A stretch of 20,000 nt of DNA from Fistulifera solaris (GCA_030295235.1 AP026136.1:1346871-1366870), one strand, 5' to 3'. Shown: positions 1 through 12,714, counted from the first letter of the stretch. Numbers and translations are program-made. Notes: generated by a model from the letters alone, not told the origin.

Positions 1-94
1 TGATGATTCTTGATTGAAACCATGTTGACGCACTTCTCTCTAGCAACATCATCAACACCAATGCCATCATCAATAATCTAATGATGCTGGACAT
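1..94 (-). CDS. 5' end of a gene running off the window; signal-peptide-like N-terminus (MSSIIRLLMMALVLMMLLERSASTWFQSRII...)
   Basis: Manual translation from the minus-strand ATG at 94 is open to the window edge and has a hydrophobic N-terminal stretch. It is divergent from the gene starting at 427. Too short for a functional call. Confidence 0.4.
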   Translation of the reverse strand, partial: MSSIIRLLMMALVLMMLLERSASTWFQSRII

Positions 95-426
95 GACTGG
101 GTTCAATGCGGCTTCGAGAGTGGAAAAGTTTAGTTCATTGAAAAATGACATATTAGTTCGGTTGACTGTTTCCAAGATTGTGAAGTTTTGTCGCGAGTCA
201 GTCGTCATGATATTGGTCTCTAGCCGTCGATCCGAAGCTCTTTACAAGGTACAGTACCTGGTACTGTAAGTACGGTACGTCTCACCTCTCCATCTCCATA
301 GCATCATTGCTGCGGACTCTTACTCAGTATTTTTTTTATTTTGGCCGCTTTGCGATCATCACAAACGATTCATACCCCCTTACTTTATCATATTTTGTTG
401 TATTTCTTATCTCCATTAAAACATCA

Positions 427-3400
427 ATGTCAGTGTTCCCGTCACAGACACTAGCAGTCTTTCACGACGATGAAGAATGGCTCTCGCGGTTAATCGCTGA
501 CACGCAAGCTCTTGAAGAATTTCCTTCATCTGCGTTTATCGACCGTTTCTTGAAGGATCGTTATTGTGACACACTTTCTTGCTGGACCGAATGGATTGCA
601 CAAGCGGAAGCATACGGATTCATTATACCCCGTGAGATCTCATTTATTCAATCATATGATGTTCCTTCGTCGGCATCGACAAAAACGCGGCTTCCTGCAC
701 GGTTGTCAGAGTCTTTCGTCCGAGCGATAACGATCTTGCTGAATGTGTCTCGCTACACCGCGATAGAACTTACTACGACAGCTTTGGCGATGTCTTCCGT
801 CGATATTACAACCGATGAATTTGAAGCCGGGCTAGATCTTATTTTAAAGGTGGTGGAGTGCTACCACCGTCAACGCATAGCTCGTTTGGGTTTGCTTACA
901 GAATTGTTGCGAATCGAGCAAGCGGCAAGCTCAGAAGATGTTGAACACTCACAGGCTCATTCTACCCTGAGCCGCTCGAAAGCTAAAGGAATTGTTCAGC
1001 AGCTTGAGCCTTTCAACCTATTTGCGATTCTCCTCATGGCAGCATATTCACAGGAAGACCGTGAAGTGCCTTCGACTTCTCTCTCCCGACCTCAACGTGA
1101 AGCGCTACAAAGTTTGCCTAAAACAACCACATTTACTTCTTTTGTTACCAATCTGATGCAAGTTAAAAACATGTTTGCGAAACAACAGCAAATCAAGGCC
1201 ATGGAAGCACTCGTCGCTCTGTGTTACGAGCGTGTCACCATACAACGCGCTCATTTGATCATCTTGTCGGTAGCGTATTCCAAAACAACCGACCATTTGG
1301 TAGGAATGTGGGGACTCGAAGGGCTGGCACTCTGGAGAGATACACCGGATCATCCACTCTTGCAAGGCGCACAGGCGCACGACGAGGTCAGGGCACTCGC
1401 AAAACTGTGGCAGCGACAGTGTCTCGTGTCGAAACCATTCACGCTCATGGTGCTGGGACTCGGTCTACTCATGCAGGCTGCAAAATTGCCGGAAAGTTCA
1501 ACGTTGTTGGAAACAGCAAATGAGCAAGACGCTTTTGGTTACTTGTATGAAGTTTTGAGGCAACTTGTTCGGCCAGCTCGCTCGTCTCCCGGTGAAAACT
1601 CAGAATTGGATGCCTCGAGTCTCATGTTTGCTGGCATTGGGCGAGAAGCCGTCTCTGCGGCAATATCGGCATTTTCACAAAATTTGGAAAATGTCAACAA
1701 TGTCGACATCTTGTGTTTGTTAGCGGCCATTACTACTCAAAATAGTCCTATCATGACACAACAATTCTGGGTCGATTGGTCCGTCTACACAAAAATGTCC
1801 GAAGAAAGACCTCTTTGTGTGCTTATGGATCGTGCACATCAACTTGCTCAACGAAATTGCCCTTTGCCCTTTTTAAGGATGGTGACTTCCATTGTTTCGA
1901 CTTCAGAATCGGTCCGCGTCGTCTTGGAGGACTTTGTTCCGCCAAATTTATTCTCTCAGGCTTTGCTAAGCAAAGAGAAGAACGAAGACCTTCTAGTAGT
2001 AGTTCTTGAGTGCGTCCGCGTATTGGCTCATCATGCTTCTTCTGCCTCAGCGCGGCTGTTGTTGTGTCGTGGGATTGACCCAAAGCTGCTGTGCCAAGCT
2101 GTGCTGGAGTCTGCCAGCGAGAATGCCGGTGCAGCCGGAATGCAAGCGCTTTCAGTGCTGTTGCAGGACAACGCTGAATGGACCCGAGTTATTGCAGATT
2201 CTTTTCACTGGATCGTGGGCGAAAGTTGGAAACACTTGGTGTTCAGAGGGAATCTGACCGCTGGAGCAGCCGCTCAGTTTTTAAGTCGTCTCTTTCGGAA
2301 TATGACAGCAGTGTTTTTGCTCCCGATACAAAAGAAACGTTTGTTTTTAGTTTTTTAAGTTGCTTCTACCAGGCACTCATGCCACTCGTATCCTTGCTGT
2401 CCTCGTCAGTTCCAATGCTTTCGAAGCCGGCCTTGGTCGGACAGAAACAGCTTGACGTACAAGAGCGCCATTTCTATCATGGAGTGCGTACACACCACCT
2501 TGCAGTATGCCGGGCCTATGGAAGCACTGCACCCGTCTGTTGCCGTGGCACAAGCTGTTTCTGATTTTCGTTGGAACATCATTTCATCGATACCTGGGAA
2601 ATCTATTATTTTTTACGCAACATTACCCGTCTCATTGAGCATTGCCCGCTTTTTTAGATGAAGAGATCCGTGATGCGCACCTTATTCGGTTAAAAAGAGA
2701 TCCTAATTCGTTCCAGATTTGGATCGCCACCGCAAGCATGAACCCTCTATCGAATGGCGAATTCCAGTCCTTAATAATGGAGTCGCTGGAGAATTCCGAC
2801 TTATTGTCCTTTGACTTTTCGGATATGGCATTTCAGGAGGGCGATACATTGAAAATGCCCATTCAAGCGGCTTCCACCGCCATCACTTTACTTAGTATGT
2901 GGTGTAGTGTGGTGGACTCAAGGCGTCAACGTAATTCAGAGGCTGTAGACACGGAGTATCCTCATGTTCTCCTGTCGGAACGAGGTGATCTCCCTCACCT
3001 GAGCCCTACTACGTCTCGAGCAGTTACCACGGTTTGGAATGCAGCGTCCATATCATATGCAGAATTATTTACTCGATATGTTCAGATCCAAGCCTTGTCG
3101 GACGATGATGCGTCTATTTCCGAAAAAGGAATGAATCTTCTCGTTGTGTTGTCGGAGCGCGCAGCACTTTTAAAGGATGATTCATTCTTTCGCACCGTTT
3201 TAGACTCTAGATCTCTTTCTGCGAAGCTCGGAAAGCAGATTGAACTCTTGTCAAGGTTCGAGGGAGATTGCGATGACAAGATATTCACGTTTTCTTTCGC
3301 TATTTTGGCTCATTGTGCAAGATTCAATCTTGAGGGCGTTACTAAAGTTTTGCCCAGTAGCTCTATGAAGACTATGCAAAAGTTTATTCAAGATACCTGT

Positions 3401-6400
3401 TCGAATTTGTTGAAACTGAAACAGCAGGGGGCTGGTTCATCAGCAACACAGAATCAACTTGATATCGCTACAGGATGCCTACAACTGGTTCTGTCGTTGC
3501 GCCGAGCGGGGTCTTGCATTGGCATGAACAATCCCCATGAATTCTATGCATGTGTCGTGCGCGATTTACTTGGTTTTCTGTCTGTCTGTGTTCCTTCAGA
3601 GGATGATTCTCCATGTGCTGGACTTCTAACCAATTTTAGGCGACTCGCTTTGGATTTGATCGCTTTAGAGCTGTCGATTTTACCGGCTCATCATATGGGC
3701 GAGCAGCGAATAAAGCTGTTTTCTGAATTCAACGCAGTTTTCGGCCGTGATTTGTCAGGTCTTGTCACGTTATCGAGGTACTATCTCGAATTGCGTCATC
3801 TGGATCAGCTTTTTCAAGTATACAACTGTTATTTCGGAGAATTCGACATTGTGCCAGGAAAGTCTGTTGAGCAAATAATGGGATATTTTGCCAATAAAAC
3901 GGGCAAGCTGTGCCAAGAAAGTTTCGACATTAGTTTTGCTTCGTCATGGCTGGCTGCGTTTCGATCAGAAAAGTCGATTACATTAAATGATCTCGCGCTG
4001 ACTTACTCCCGGTTTCTTGGCGAAAACTATTTGTTGGTTTCATGGAAGTCGCTTCTGACGTTCGTGGCTATCCAGGAAGATGTTATTGGACGAGGACCTC
4101 AGCAAAGTCATGTGCTTGGAGTACATATGAAACTGGAGACACTTACAACCATGTTGCGGAATCTAGAGGCAATGGAACGGATCCAGCCGGACTTGCTGCG
4201 GGATACAAAGCACAGGGTTGTTACAACCTGTCGTTCCTATCATTCCATTGCTCTCAAGGGGGGTGAGGATTGGGCCGATATTATCAGGCTAGTTACAAAT
4301 TGCTGCCGAAAGATCGTTCAGGGCACAAGCTATGTCTCTGCCACAGTACGTGTCGGTGTTGATCAGCATGCTAATTATCTGCTTCCAAAGTTTGCGTTGC
4401 TAATACGGCCTCTCTTCTTTCCATACAGGATGCATTTGCCGGGGTGGAGCAGTTGCTCGCGTATGCTGCCACGCTCCTTAACGAGGTTCACCCGGTATTC
4501 GCCAATAGCTCTGAAACCGATATTCTTATATCGCTAGCTGATATTGCTTGTCAGATAGTCGAAATGATATCGCGCTACCACATGTCGTCGGGAGATCACG
4601 GTAGCCATCTCCACTGCTTAACAGTTTGTATATCTGTGCTTGCCGCGTTGATAATCCAAGAAGAGCCACCCAATATGCTGTGGAGAGGGGGAATCCGAGT
4701 TTAGCGAACGCATCTTCCAGTTACTCAAGGAATATGATGTGATTCAAAATCTAGCCGCTCGAATCAGTTTTGCGGTGACAAATGACGGGAGTTCTACTGA
4801 CCAGGATGTAACAAGCCCCTGTGATTCGACTCATCTTGTCCTTGCACTCCTCAGCAAAATCGCCAGCATTGGTGATGCTGATATGTTATCGCTCCTCGTT
4901 GGGAGCGAGTTAGCGCGTCTTTACCCAAACCTGTTCATTTTTCGATTCACTCGGTTGGTTGTTTTTCCATGCGAGGGTATATCGCTAAGGCTAAATCATC
5001 ACAAAAAGGTTCACGTGACGAAACACAGTTGTCACGCAATCCAAGATCGCTTGAGCAGGGTAGAGACGATCCGCTACACAAGGTCTGGAGGGCTAGCATT
5101 ACTTTCCTAGCTGCTGGTTTGCGTTCGGCGACTGCGCAGGACTGCGATGAGGTTACGCGAGAAAGATACGTCATTTTGGCTCTCGACTTTCTTACTGCCA
5201 ATGCAGAGACAATAAGGACATGTCTTAAGCAGTGTAGCTCTATCCTTTTCGATCAGGAATACCCAGTCCTCACGATGACCTTACTGGAAGAAGCCGGTCT
5301 CATTTTGTCGTTGGCGGGCGAGCTCTGCTCTAATGATACACTGAAGACGTTTCAAAGAAAATACAGAAGCCTTTACAACATGTTCTTGAACTTTTGTAAA
5401 ACCCTTCTTGTCAGTTTGAGTTCCTTTATTTGTTCTAGTTCAACTTCAAGGGAACTTTTCCGCTGCATCGACGAAGTGGAAGACGCTGATACCATGGCTC
5501 TTGATTCCATTTCACATATATCGGACTTGGGTATTTTGTTTTTCACATTAGCTGGCGGCATTTCGAATGCTCGCCACGAAGCCATTAGGCATTCGCATTT
5601 TGCGTCGGTGAGTACGTAGGATTGCTGTTGCTTAGCCGCTGACGACCCTCTAACTTATCGTTCTGGATAGAGATGCTCAGCACCGGTCACGCCCGATGAC
5701 GTTTCAAAGCAGGCTTCGTTTCCACCCGGATTTGAATCAGACGCGCGTTTGCGAACGAACTCCGATCCAAACTCGTTGTATTCTTTAGAGCGTAATTGCA
5801 GAGAAGCGGTAAACAATACTTTCTCATTGCAGATGGAGCTCCAAGCCGCACGTGTTCTGTGCCATGTAGTTCATATCTTATTGCGAGCTCATCCAGCTGC
5901 TACTTCTTTAGTGATGCTGTTAGGTGATGCTCATCATGACGCGATGCAAATCATTCGAGAGGGATCTCACGTTGCGTTGCAGGTTGACCCTCGATCGCCC
6001 ACTATCACACTTGCTGAAATTGTACGATGCGACACTGTGAACCGCCGATGGGAAGTTTGTTCATGGCAAAGGGTTCTTCGATTTACTCCGTGGTGTCTCG
6101 AAAACAAATTGTTGGTGTAGAGGACGTATCCCTAAGACAAGCAATACTTGATAGTGCCCCTGCCCCGCGATCTTCTGCGGAATTGGCGAAATCAGTAGGT
6201 GCGGCCTCTCTCGGACATTTGATCTTGGCTCTGCGCTGGTGTCGATATTCGGATATAGTAGAAGATGGCTACCCCGTAGCAAAAAGGCTTGCAGAGCTGT
6301 GTACATTTCTTTTAACAACCGAAATTTCGATGCATCGTGAATCAGGAACATTTTTGTCTACCGAAACTCTTTGTTTGCAGCTCATGGATCTATATGGAGA

Positions 6401-6627
6401 GGAAGAGGAGTTCGCAACGTTGCTAAAAAGATTTTTTGGGGCCTTTGTCTGAGGATCGCAGAGGTCAGCTCCAATCGATTCTAGATCGAGAGGTCTGGTC
6501 TATGGCACGCGAGCAGCTTTACGATGAAATACATGAGGCCACTCTGCGTATGCAACAGCATGTCCACGGACGCGGACATTCTTCGGTCGCCCCCATTTCT
6601 CCCAGAAAGTACGAGTTCCAGCAATAG
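427..6627 (+). CDS. NUP188: Nup188-like large alpha-solenoid nucleoporin (~2000 aa), 2 introns, about 7 apparent frameshifts
   Basis: A chain of consecutive Leu-rich helical ORFs (307-2358, 2178-2564, 2452-2661, 2642-4537, 4444-4704, 4739-5110, 4969-5619, 5749-6120, 6027-6452, 6436-6627). The N-terminal segment LDLILKVVECYHRQRIARLGLLTELLR resembles, from recall, the Nup188 motif LILKIADYYYEERTCILRCVLHLL, and the size fits Nup188/Nup205. Two GT-AG introns join ORFs in frame. Frame changes occur near 2315, 2450, 2652, 4680, 4935, 6060 and 6435. Family assignment was not searched. Confidence 0.6.
4346..4428 (+). other. Spliceosomal intron (83 nt) in the Nup188-like gene
   Basis: GTACGT donor, GCTAAT branch-like motif, pyrimidine tract and ATACAG acceptor. 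Removal joins ...VSAT to DAFAGVEQLL... in phase 0. Confidence 0.8.
5608..5670 (+). other. Spliceosomal intron (63 nt) in the Nup188-like gene
   Basis: GTGAGT donor, CTAAC branch point and GATAG acceptor. Removal skips the stop at 5617-5619 and joins HFAS to RCSAPV...LRTNSDPN in frame. Confidence 0.8.
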
Positions 6628-6714
6628 TAGTACACTAGGCGTGAAATCTTTTGCACAAACATTGGTAGTGGTGTTAAAATTCATTAAGTATTGTCATCGA
6701 GTAACTCGGTTTCA

Positions 6715-9483
6715 TTATTCTTTTTCAAGCTGCTTGAATCGTGTCATCCACGCAGGAGCACCGTTGAGAGATGTATATGATGCATTGTTAAAATCGTCGC
6801 TTTCCTGTACAGACTCTTCTTTATGCACCACGTCTGGCCGTTTTTTCAGCCACAAAGGGATTTCATCATCAGTCGCAGTGGATGATGTCTTTATCGCATT
6901 TGAAATTTCTTCTACAGAAGCATTTGTTTGTTCATCCCAACTGGCTGACGGCTCGCCAGAATACAGCTCGCTAAATATCCGATTGACGGGTTCGGTGACT
7001 TTTTCTATCAACGGTGATTGAAGTGAAGAAGGATTTGCCGTTGGGTGCTGCATTTCAAAGTTTAGAGCCTGATCGTCGCTCACCTGCTCATTTGGATGCA
7101 GTATTTCCTGCCGTTTACTCATCCACAGGGGCATGCGCGACACGTTCTTATCCTTCATTGCATTTTGATGTAAAGCAGCCTTGGTTTGTTTCTTCATAGT
7201 GGTTGGAAGCTCATCAAGCTGCGAGCACTTCTTATCAATAGAGGGGCCAGCTGGTTTGCACTCGCTCAAAAGCGTTGGAGCCGTACATGTCAGCGGCTCG
7301 GAACCTAACTCTCCGCCAAAATGACTACTTTGGTCAGTTGTTTCATTCATTAACGAAGTATTCAAAACCGACAATGGCGGTGAGGAAACCGGTGCCGGTT
7401 TATCAATTCTAATCGGGTTCTGGGAAATGTACTGCTCTTTTGGCCCTGATTTTAGCACAACGGCTATCGACTCTTGAGAATGCAGAGCGCCACAGGCTTT
7501 ACTGGTATCGTTAGCTGCTTTCTTCGATGCCGACAGAGGCCCATCTGCTTCGAATCCAGACCTTTCTAATGCATTAAGAAGGAGATGCTGTGGTTCACTT
7601 TGTTCCTCTCTTCGCCTCATAATTTCTTGTCGTTTTATCATCCACAGAGGTACAAATTTGCTGTCCGTAGTTGGATTGATTTTCATGAAATTTTTATTTT
7701 GATCGTTAGTTGTCATTTCGTCTCTAGCCGCCTGCTTTGTTGTAAACCTCTGGCGGCAAACAGTGTCTTCTTCTCTGTCCCGGTTTTGAGCTTGACAAAG
7801 AATTGTGGACGACCAGAGCGGCTCGATCAATTCAGAAGCCTCTTGCGAACACTTTTCGATGCATGGGGAGGGAATGGATGACTTGCTGCTTTGATTAGGA
7901 GGCTGTTCGCGTTCGCGGCCACATGATGCAGCTTGACAGAATTCCCTTTCACTGGGAATCCATTTTCGTAGAGCCGAGATAGCAGAGTCTTGTGACTCTT
8001 CTGTAAAATCGCCATTGCTTCCATGACTGCTTGTAGAACTCTCATCGGTCCATTCACTCTCTTCTACAGATTCATAATCATCCGTCAATTTTACTTCAAC
8101 CAGGTTGCTGGCTTCGACGCGCTCTAAGTCGGCTTCGTCAACAAAGTATCCTCTTTCTGAAACTAAATCATCAAAAGTCGCTTTCTTAAAGCTTTCAGCT
8201 CCTTCTGAGTTGCATGATGTGGCATATTCTGTTGCGGACTTATTTTTAGGTTTTAGAACACAGCGAAACCAAGCCACTGCGCAGACACACACCGAAAGAC
8301 TGGCCATGAGAACAGCGCAAATGAGAATGACGGGGGGTTTGTTGTCATCGACCCTACCCACTTGAAAGTTCATTAAATTGTCTAATTCGTCTGCATCAGT
8401 AACAACATGGCATGAAACTGTTGTCGAGAAAACATCAAAAGGCATTTGCTCAAGCGATGCCAAGTATTCGGCGTAGAAAGCTCCTTCATGTTTCATTCCC
8501 TCCAGTATAACACTTTTTACCTCAGCTATTGATGGCGCTGAAGCATCGTTTTTCGCTTGAAACAGGATTGTTATTTCGAATTGGATCATCCGAGAACTGA
8601 TGAGTTTGTATCGCTGGACCTCTAAACCCTCAAATTGTATTGCCTCGACACCATCGAAAGTTCTTGCGTACATGTTATCCAAAAATTGTTCTGTCAAATG
8701 AACCAGGTACAAGGTTTCTACTTCGCTTGGCAGCTTGTTGGACCGCGTGCTGTACTCAAATACAAGAATTTCGATCGGTCGACCAACAACGTTTGTAATG
8801 CCGTCCTCTGCGGAGTCAAATCGGAAAGGGCTGAGTGAGGTCCAACAGAGAATACAGCGCATCGTGAACTACGATTACTTCGCCGTACATACCTTCGTCA
8901 TTCGGTGACAAACCTTGCGTATCATACGCCCTAGATAACACGGACTGATTTTCAACTGCAGCAGTTTCATCGTTTTCGCTTCGTTTCTTAGAAGACTTGC
9001 GTCCATTGTTCGACCTTTTGGGCTCCTTGACGTGGGATTCTTCTTGAAGGCCGGCGCCGTTCGGGTGATGACTCTGGACAACTTGTTTGGTAGTCTTTTT
9101 ACTAGCTCTTTTCACATCGCTAGATTCTCTCTTCGAATGATGACTTTGGACTGTTTGCGCTGGTTTTGCAGCGGCTTGTTGCTCAAAGCCTTTGGATGAT
9201 GACTGTGAACAATCTGTGTTTCTTTTGGCCCACTTTCTCCGACTGCAATAGATGCATCAGCGCGATCCACTCTACTATTCTCCTTGGACGACTTTTTGGA
9301 CCCTTTGGCATGTGATCTATTGTTCTTTCTCCCTGCGTCATCTACGGTAGCCGATGATCCATGTTTGTTTTCCAGGATTCGAGGTGAACGAATCGCATAG
9401 TCACCGCGAAGAAGTGAGCTTGTTGCCGAGCCGAGAAGTGCAGCGAAAAGGATAGCAGTATAGTTGATAAGCTTCAATCTCAT
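6715..9483 (-). CDS. Uncharacterised type-I membrane protein: signal peptide, Lys-rich region, folded ectodomain, one TM helix, long disordered tail; 2 apparent frameshifts
   Basis: ORFs 9112-9483, 8816-9115 and 6715-8862 abut or overlap on the same strand. The first two share a motif (QIVHSHHPK / QVVQSHHPN). Signal peptide MRLKLINYTAILFAALLGSATS. The TM segment VILICAVLMASLSVCVCAVAWF (~8265-8331) is followed by basic residues RCVLKPKNK. Confidence 0.65.
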
Positions 9484-9958
9484 GGTGTGTATTGTAATTG
9501 ATACGACTCTCGATTGTCGTTTTTCTGTGAAAGGGTGCGCTCACATTTTGAATTTGTCGCCCAAATTTTCGTGAAAAGAGGCGTTGGAGGTTGAATTCAT
9601 AATTTTCAACTTATGAATGGATACCGTTCGGAACTGTGTCTTATAATGTATGATTGGTTTCCGTTCAATAGATCTGACTATGAGAAAGTTACCAAGTATT
9701 GTAGTTTAGTACTAAGTCGCATGTCGCATGTGGCATGCCTACTGGTACTGGATGATGAATTTTCTCCTCGTTCGTCGTTTGGCGCAATAACAACAGACTC
9801 CGAACGTCAAACGCAAAACAAGCACGCCGCACACGGCTACGGAGAAATCCGACATTCACGACATTTAACTTAGCCTAACGACTATCTATGCTCATGCACT
9901 AAGAGATCAAGGGCCCTATCGATGAGCGAAAGGAGTTATGAGCTATTTTCGTTATGAA

Positions 9959-11178
9959 TTAGTTTACGTGCTGAGCAATGAAGACCGATCTTCGAGAAGA
10001 GATCGATCTTGTCAGTTTCGGTGAGCCTCCATCACGACGTCCGGCCTCGACAGTAATGAAACGACCAGATTGCCTGTGTAAATTGTGAGCAAGACTATCA
10101 GGATACCTGCCTTCTACATGGGCCGAACAAGTCCTTCTCAGAGAACCGGGTTGTGATGCCGATTTGAAAAGACCACTTTGGTTGCGCAGAACAATTTCTT
10201 CCATACCCCGACTAGCACGGCATATAGTCTTTTGCGCGAAACCATCCTGGGCTGTGGGAGGGACCTACAAGAAATGTCATCTTGTTGATGCATTTGGAGG
10301 TCTCGACGAGTTTCATCGCTTCTTCTTTCAATAGAGCTTTGGACGAGGTGTAAGACCGAGAACGCTGCGGAGGTAACACTTTTGGTACATCCTCTGTTTG
10401 AGCTAAATCCATTGAACGACGATAATCATCTGGATCTTGTCGGATGCGGCGTATCGATGTTCTTGGAGTCAAAGATCTCTGTCGAGGCAGAAATTTGGAG
10501 AGGTCTTCCTCGTCATGTAGATCGCTTTCAGAACCTAAAGAACTCAGCGAGACCAACTGGGAAAAGCTTTCAGAGAATCTCTATTAAATAGGCAGCAGCA
10601 TCGTCTGCATCAGTTTGAGCAAGCTGACGGGCTTCCGAGACAGCACGCGCAGAAGCTAAAGCAAAAATTGTTTCGTCTCTGTGAATCAAGATCGATTGCT
10701 TCGCCAACTCTGATACGCCTTCGTTAGATAACATGCGTTCTAAACCTCTGTAACTGAAATGGGACGTTTCATCCATTCCACCATCGAGTTTTGTCATCTT
10801 GGCCAAATCAAACATTTCGTTCTTCATCTCTTGGTACTCAGATTTTGAGAACCAAAGCGCACGTTCTCTGCGTTGCTCGAGGCTATCTTAGGTACGCTGT
10901 AGGTTCTATGTTTTTCTTCACTGAAGGACACTTTACGGGGATTGCCAAGTCTATCAGTGGATCGAGAAAAAAACAGACCGAGAGGGCAGAGCAGGTCGTG
11001 AAGATAGGGAACGAGAAGGTAGCGATTTAGGGCATGATGAAAGGGAGCGACCAGCAGCCGTAGATTGACTGCACGTGCTTTGAGTTTCATTTTCTCTAAA
11101 CTTTCGTTGTTGTTTTCTCATTGCGGCTAGGAGCTGCTCAAGTGGTAGCTTGCGGCGCGACTCCATTCTCTCTTTCAT
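9959..11178 (-). CDS. Diatom-type Ser/Arg-rich hypothetical protein (KVSF...WFSKSEY...RGLE...DA motif set), fragmented by about 4 frameshifts
   Basis: Joining ORFs 10954-11376, 10824-11090, 10570-10827, 10212-10556 and 9959-10204 gives RKVSFSEEK...LWFSKSEYQEMKNE...SYRGLERML...ARQLAQTDADDA. I recognise this motif order from an expanded family of diatom hypothetical proteins. The start at 11178 (MKERMES) is inferred. Confidence 0.55.
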
Positions 11179-12714
11179 CTTGATTGGAAATCTAATGTAC
11201 GGAAACACGATAAAAATGAAGCAAAAATTTGTTTGGTTTCGGCGTGTTGCAGTGGTTATGAACAATAGGACTAAGACAGTGAGTTGTGCTGCAAGAGAGA
11301 CGAGAACCGAACGTTCTTGCGAGTTGCGAAGTGGCAACACTTTGAAGTTTGAAGTCTCGTTCAAATGTTCAATCATCGACCATCATTCATCATTCATCAT
11401 TGGTCATCGATCATCGGTCATAAAAATGAGTTATTTATGGTAATTGTTGCATTCTTTTATCATTCTTCTTATAAAGCCGAAAACACCTAAACTCATTAGG
11501 TGTAATGTCTAATTCGCAATCCGCAAATCTTTGCTCTTCGCTCAAAGAATAACAATCGAATCTCTCTCTAGCTAGACTCTCACTAGAAAGTCAAAAAGCA
11601 AGATTTTAGGAAAAGTCATTGTTCATCGTCGTCTTCTGTTGACTTCGACCGCTCCCTCTAGAGAGATTGGTCCATTTGTATCCAAGACTGGATTGTAGTC
11701 ACGAGTAATGGGAGAGGAAAATTGTTGATAGCAAGCGTTTGATGATTCTCGAACACGAGCTTATCAATCTGGTTCCAACAGACATTCCTTCTTGATGTTT
11801 TATGAGCTGTTTTTCGATTGCAACCATTACTATTGACGTCGAAAACTCGTCCGGATTATTCCTTAACATATTACTATAGCTACAAAGTGTTGACCGTTTT
11901 CTCCAAGACTGGATTTCAGTCACGCGCTAATATCGGCGCCACTGGCCGCTGCGTGACAAAAGTGACAATAATGCTATGAGAGAACATGATGAGTGACATT
12001 TGTATTCATCAGTTCCTGGCATCAGGCTTTTGTGCTTCTGATCAACAATGCAAGAAGGACTTTACTTGCTACAAGCTTCTTGAGTCTTCCCTTTCTTTCG
12101 TGCGTTCTGCGAGAACAGCCTACAATTATTTTTCAACATTTCAAGCCCCAGTAAGCGTTCGCGAAGTTCGGAAAGCGATATCAAATGCCTTCTTACAATA
12201 TACATAGGCCCGTCCGGTCTCATGAGCCAAACCTGAATCTTTTTGAAGGGCGAACGTCTAAATCGAAAACTCCGATAACAATCCGCTTTGAAATCCGGTC
12301 GACAGTGATAGTCCAGGATATCTACGACATTGCCCCGTAAGCTGCGCCAACACGAGGCCTAAAAGATCGCAGAGCGACAACAAACCAATGCATTGTGCTC
12401 CGACCCGTCAATTCATCCGTTCAATCGGAATAATCGGAAGATCTTGTCAAATGAAAATATTGGCAGCCACAGCAATCATCCCTGGTTATGGCTAGCTAAT
12501 TTCCGTGGCGACGGAAACTTAAAATCGAATTTTTAACACGTTCCGATGGACTACCGGTCTTGTCAAATTCTTCTGTCGACAACTCCGCTTCATTTTTCTG
12601 GATTGGTTGATGTCGGCTGTTGCCTCCGACAAACTTGACTTGACAACAATTTTTAAGACTCATAAAGCAGACTCCAAACTCCAAACGCCAAACGAAACAA
12701 TCGAATGCAAAACT

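Noticed and set aside
307..426. Upstream TTG-started extension of the 683-aa ORF
   Set aside because: The sequence is AT-rich and UTR-like. The first ATG at 427 is the more plausible eukaryotic start.
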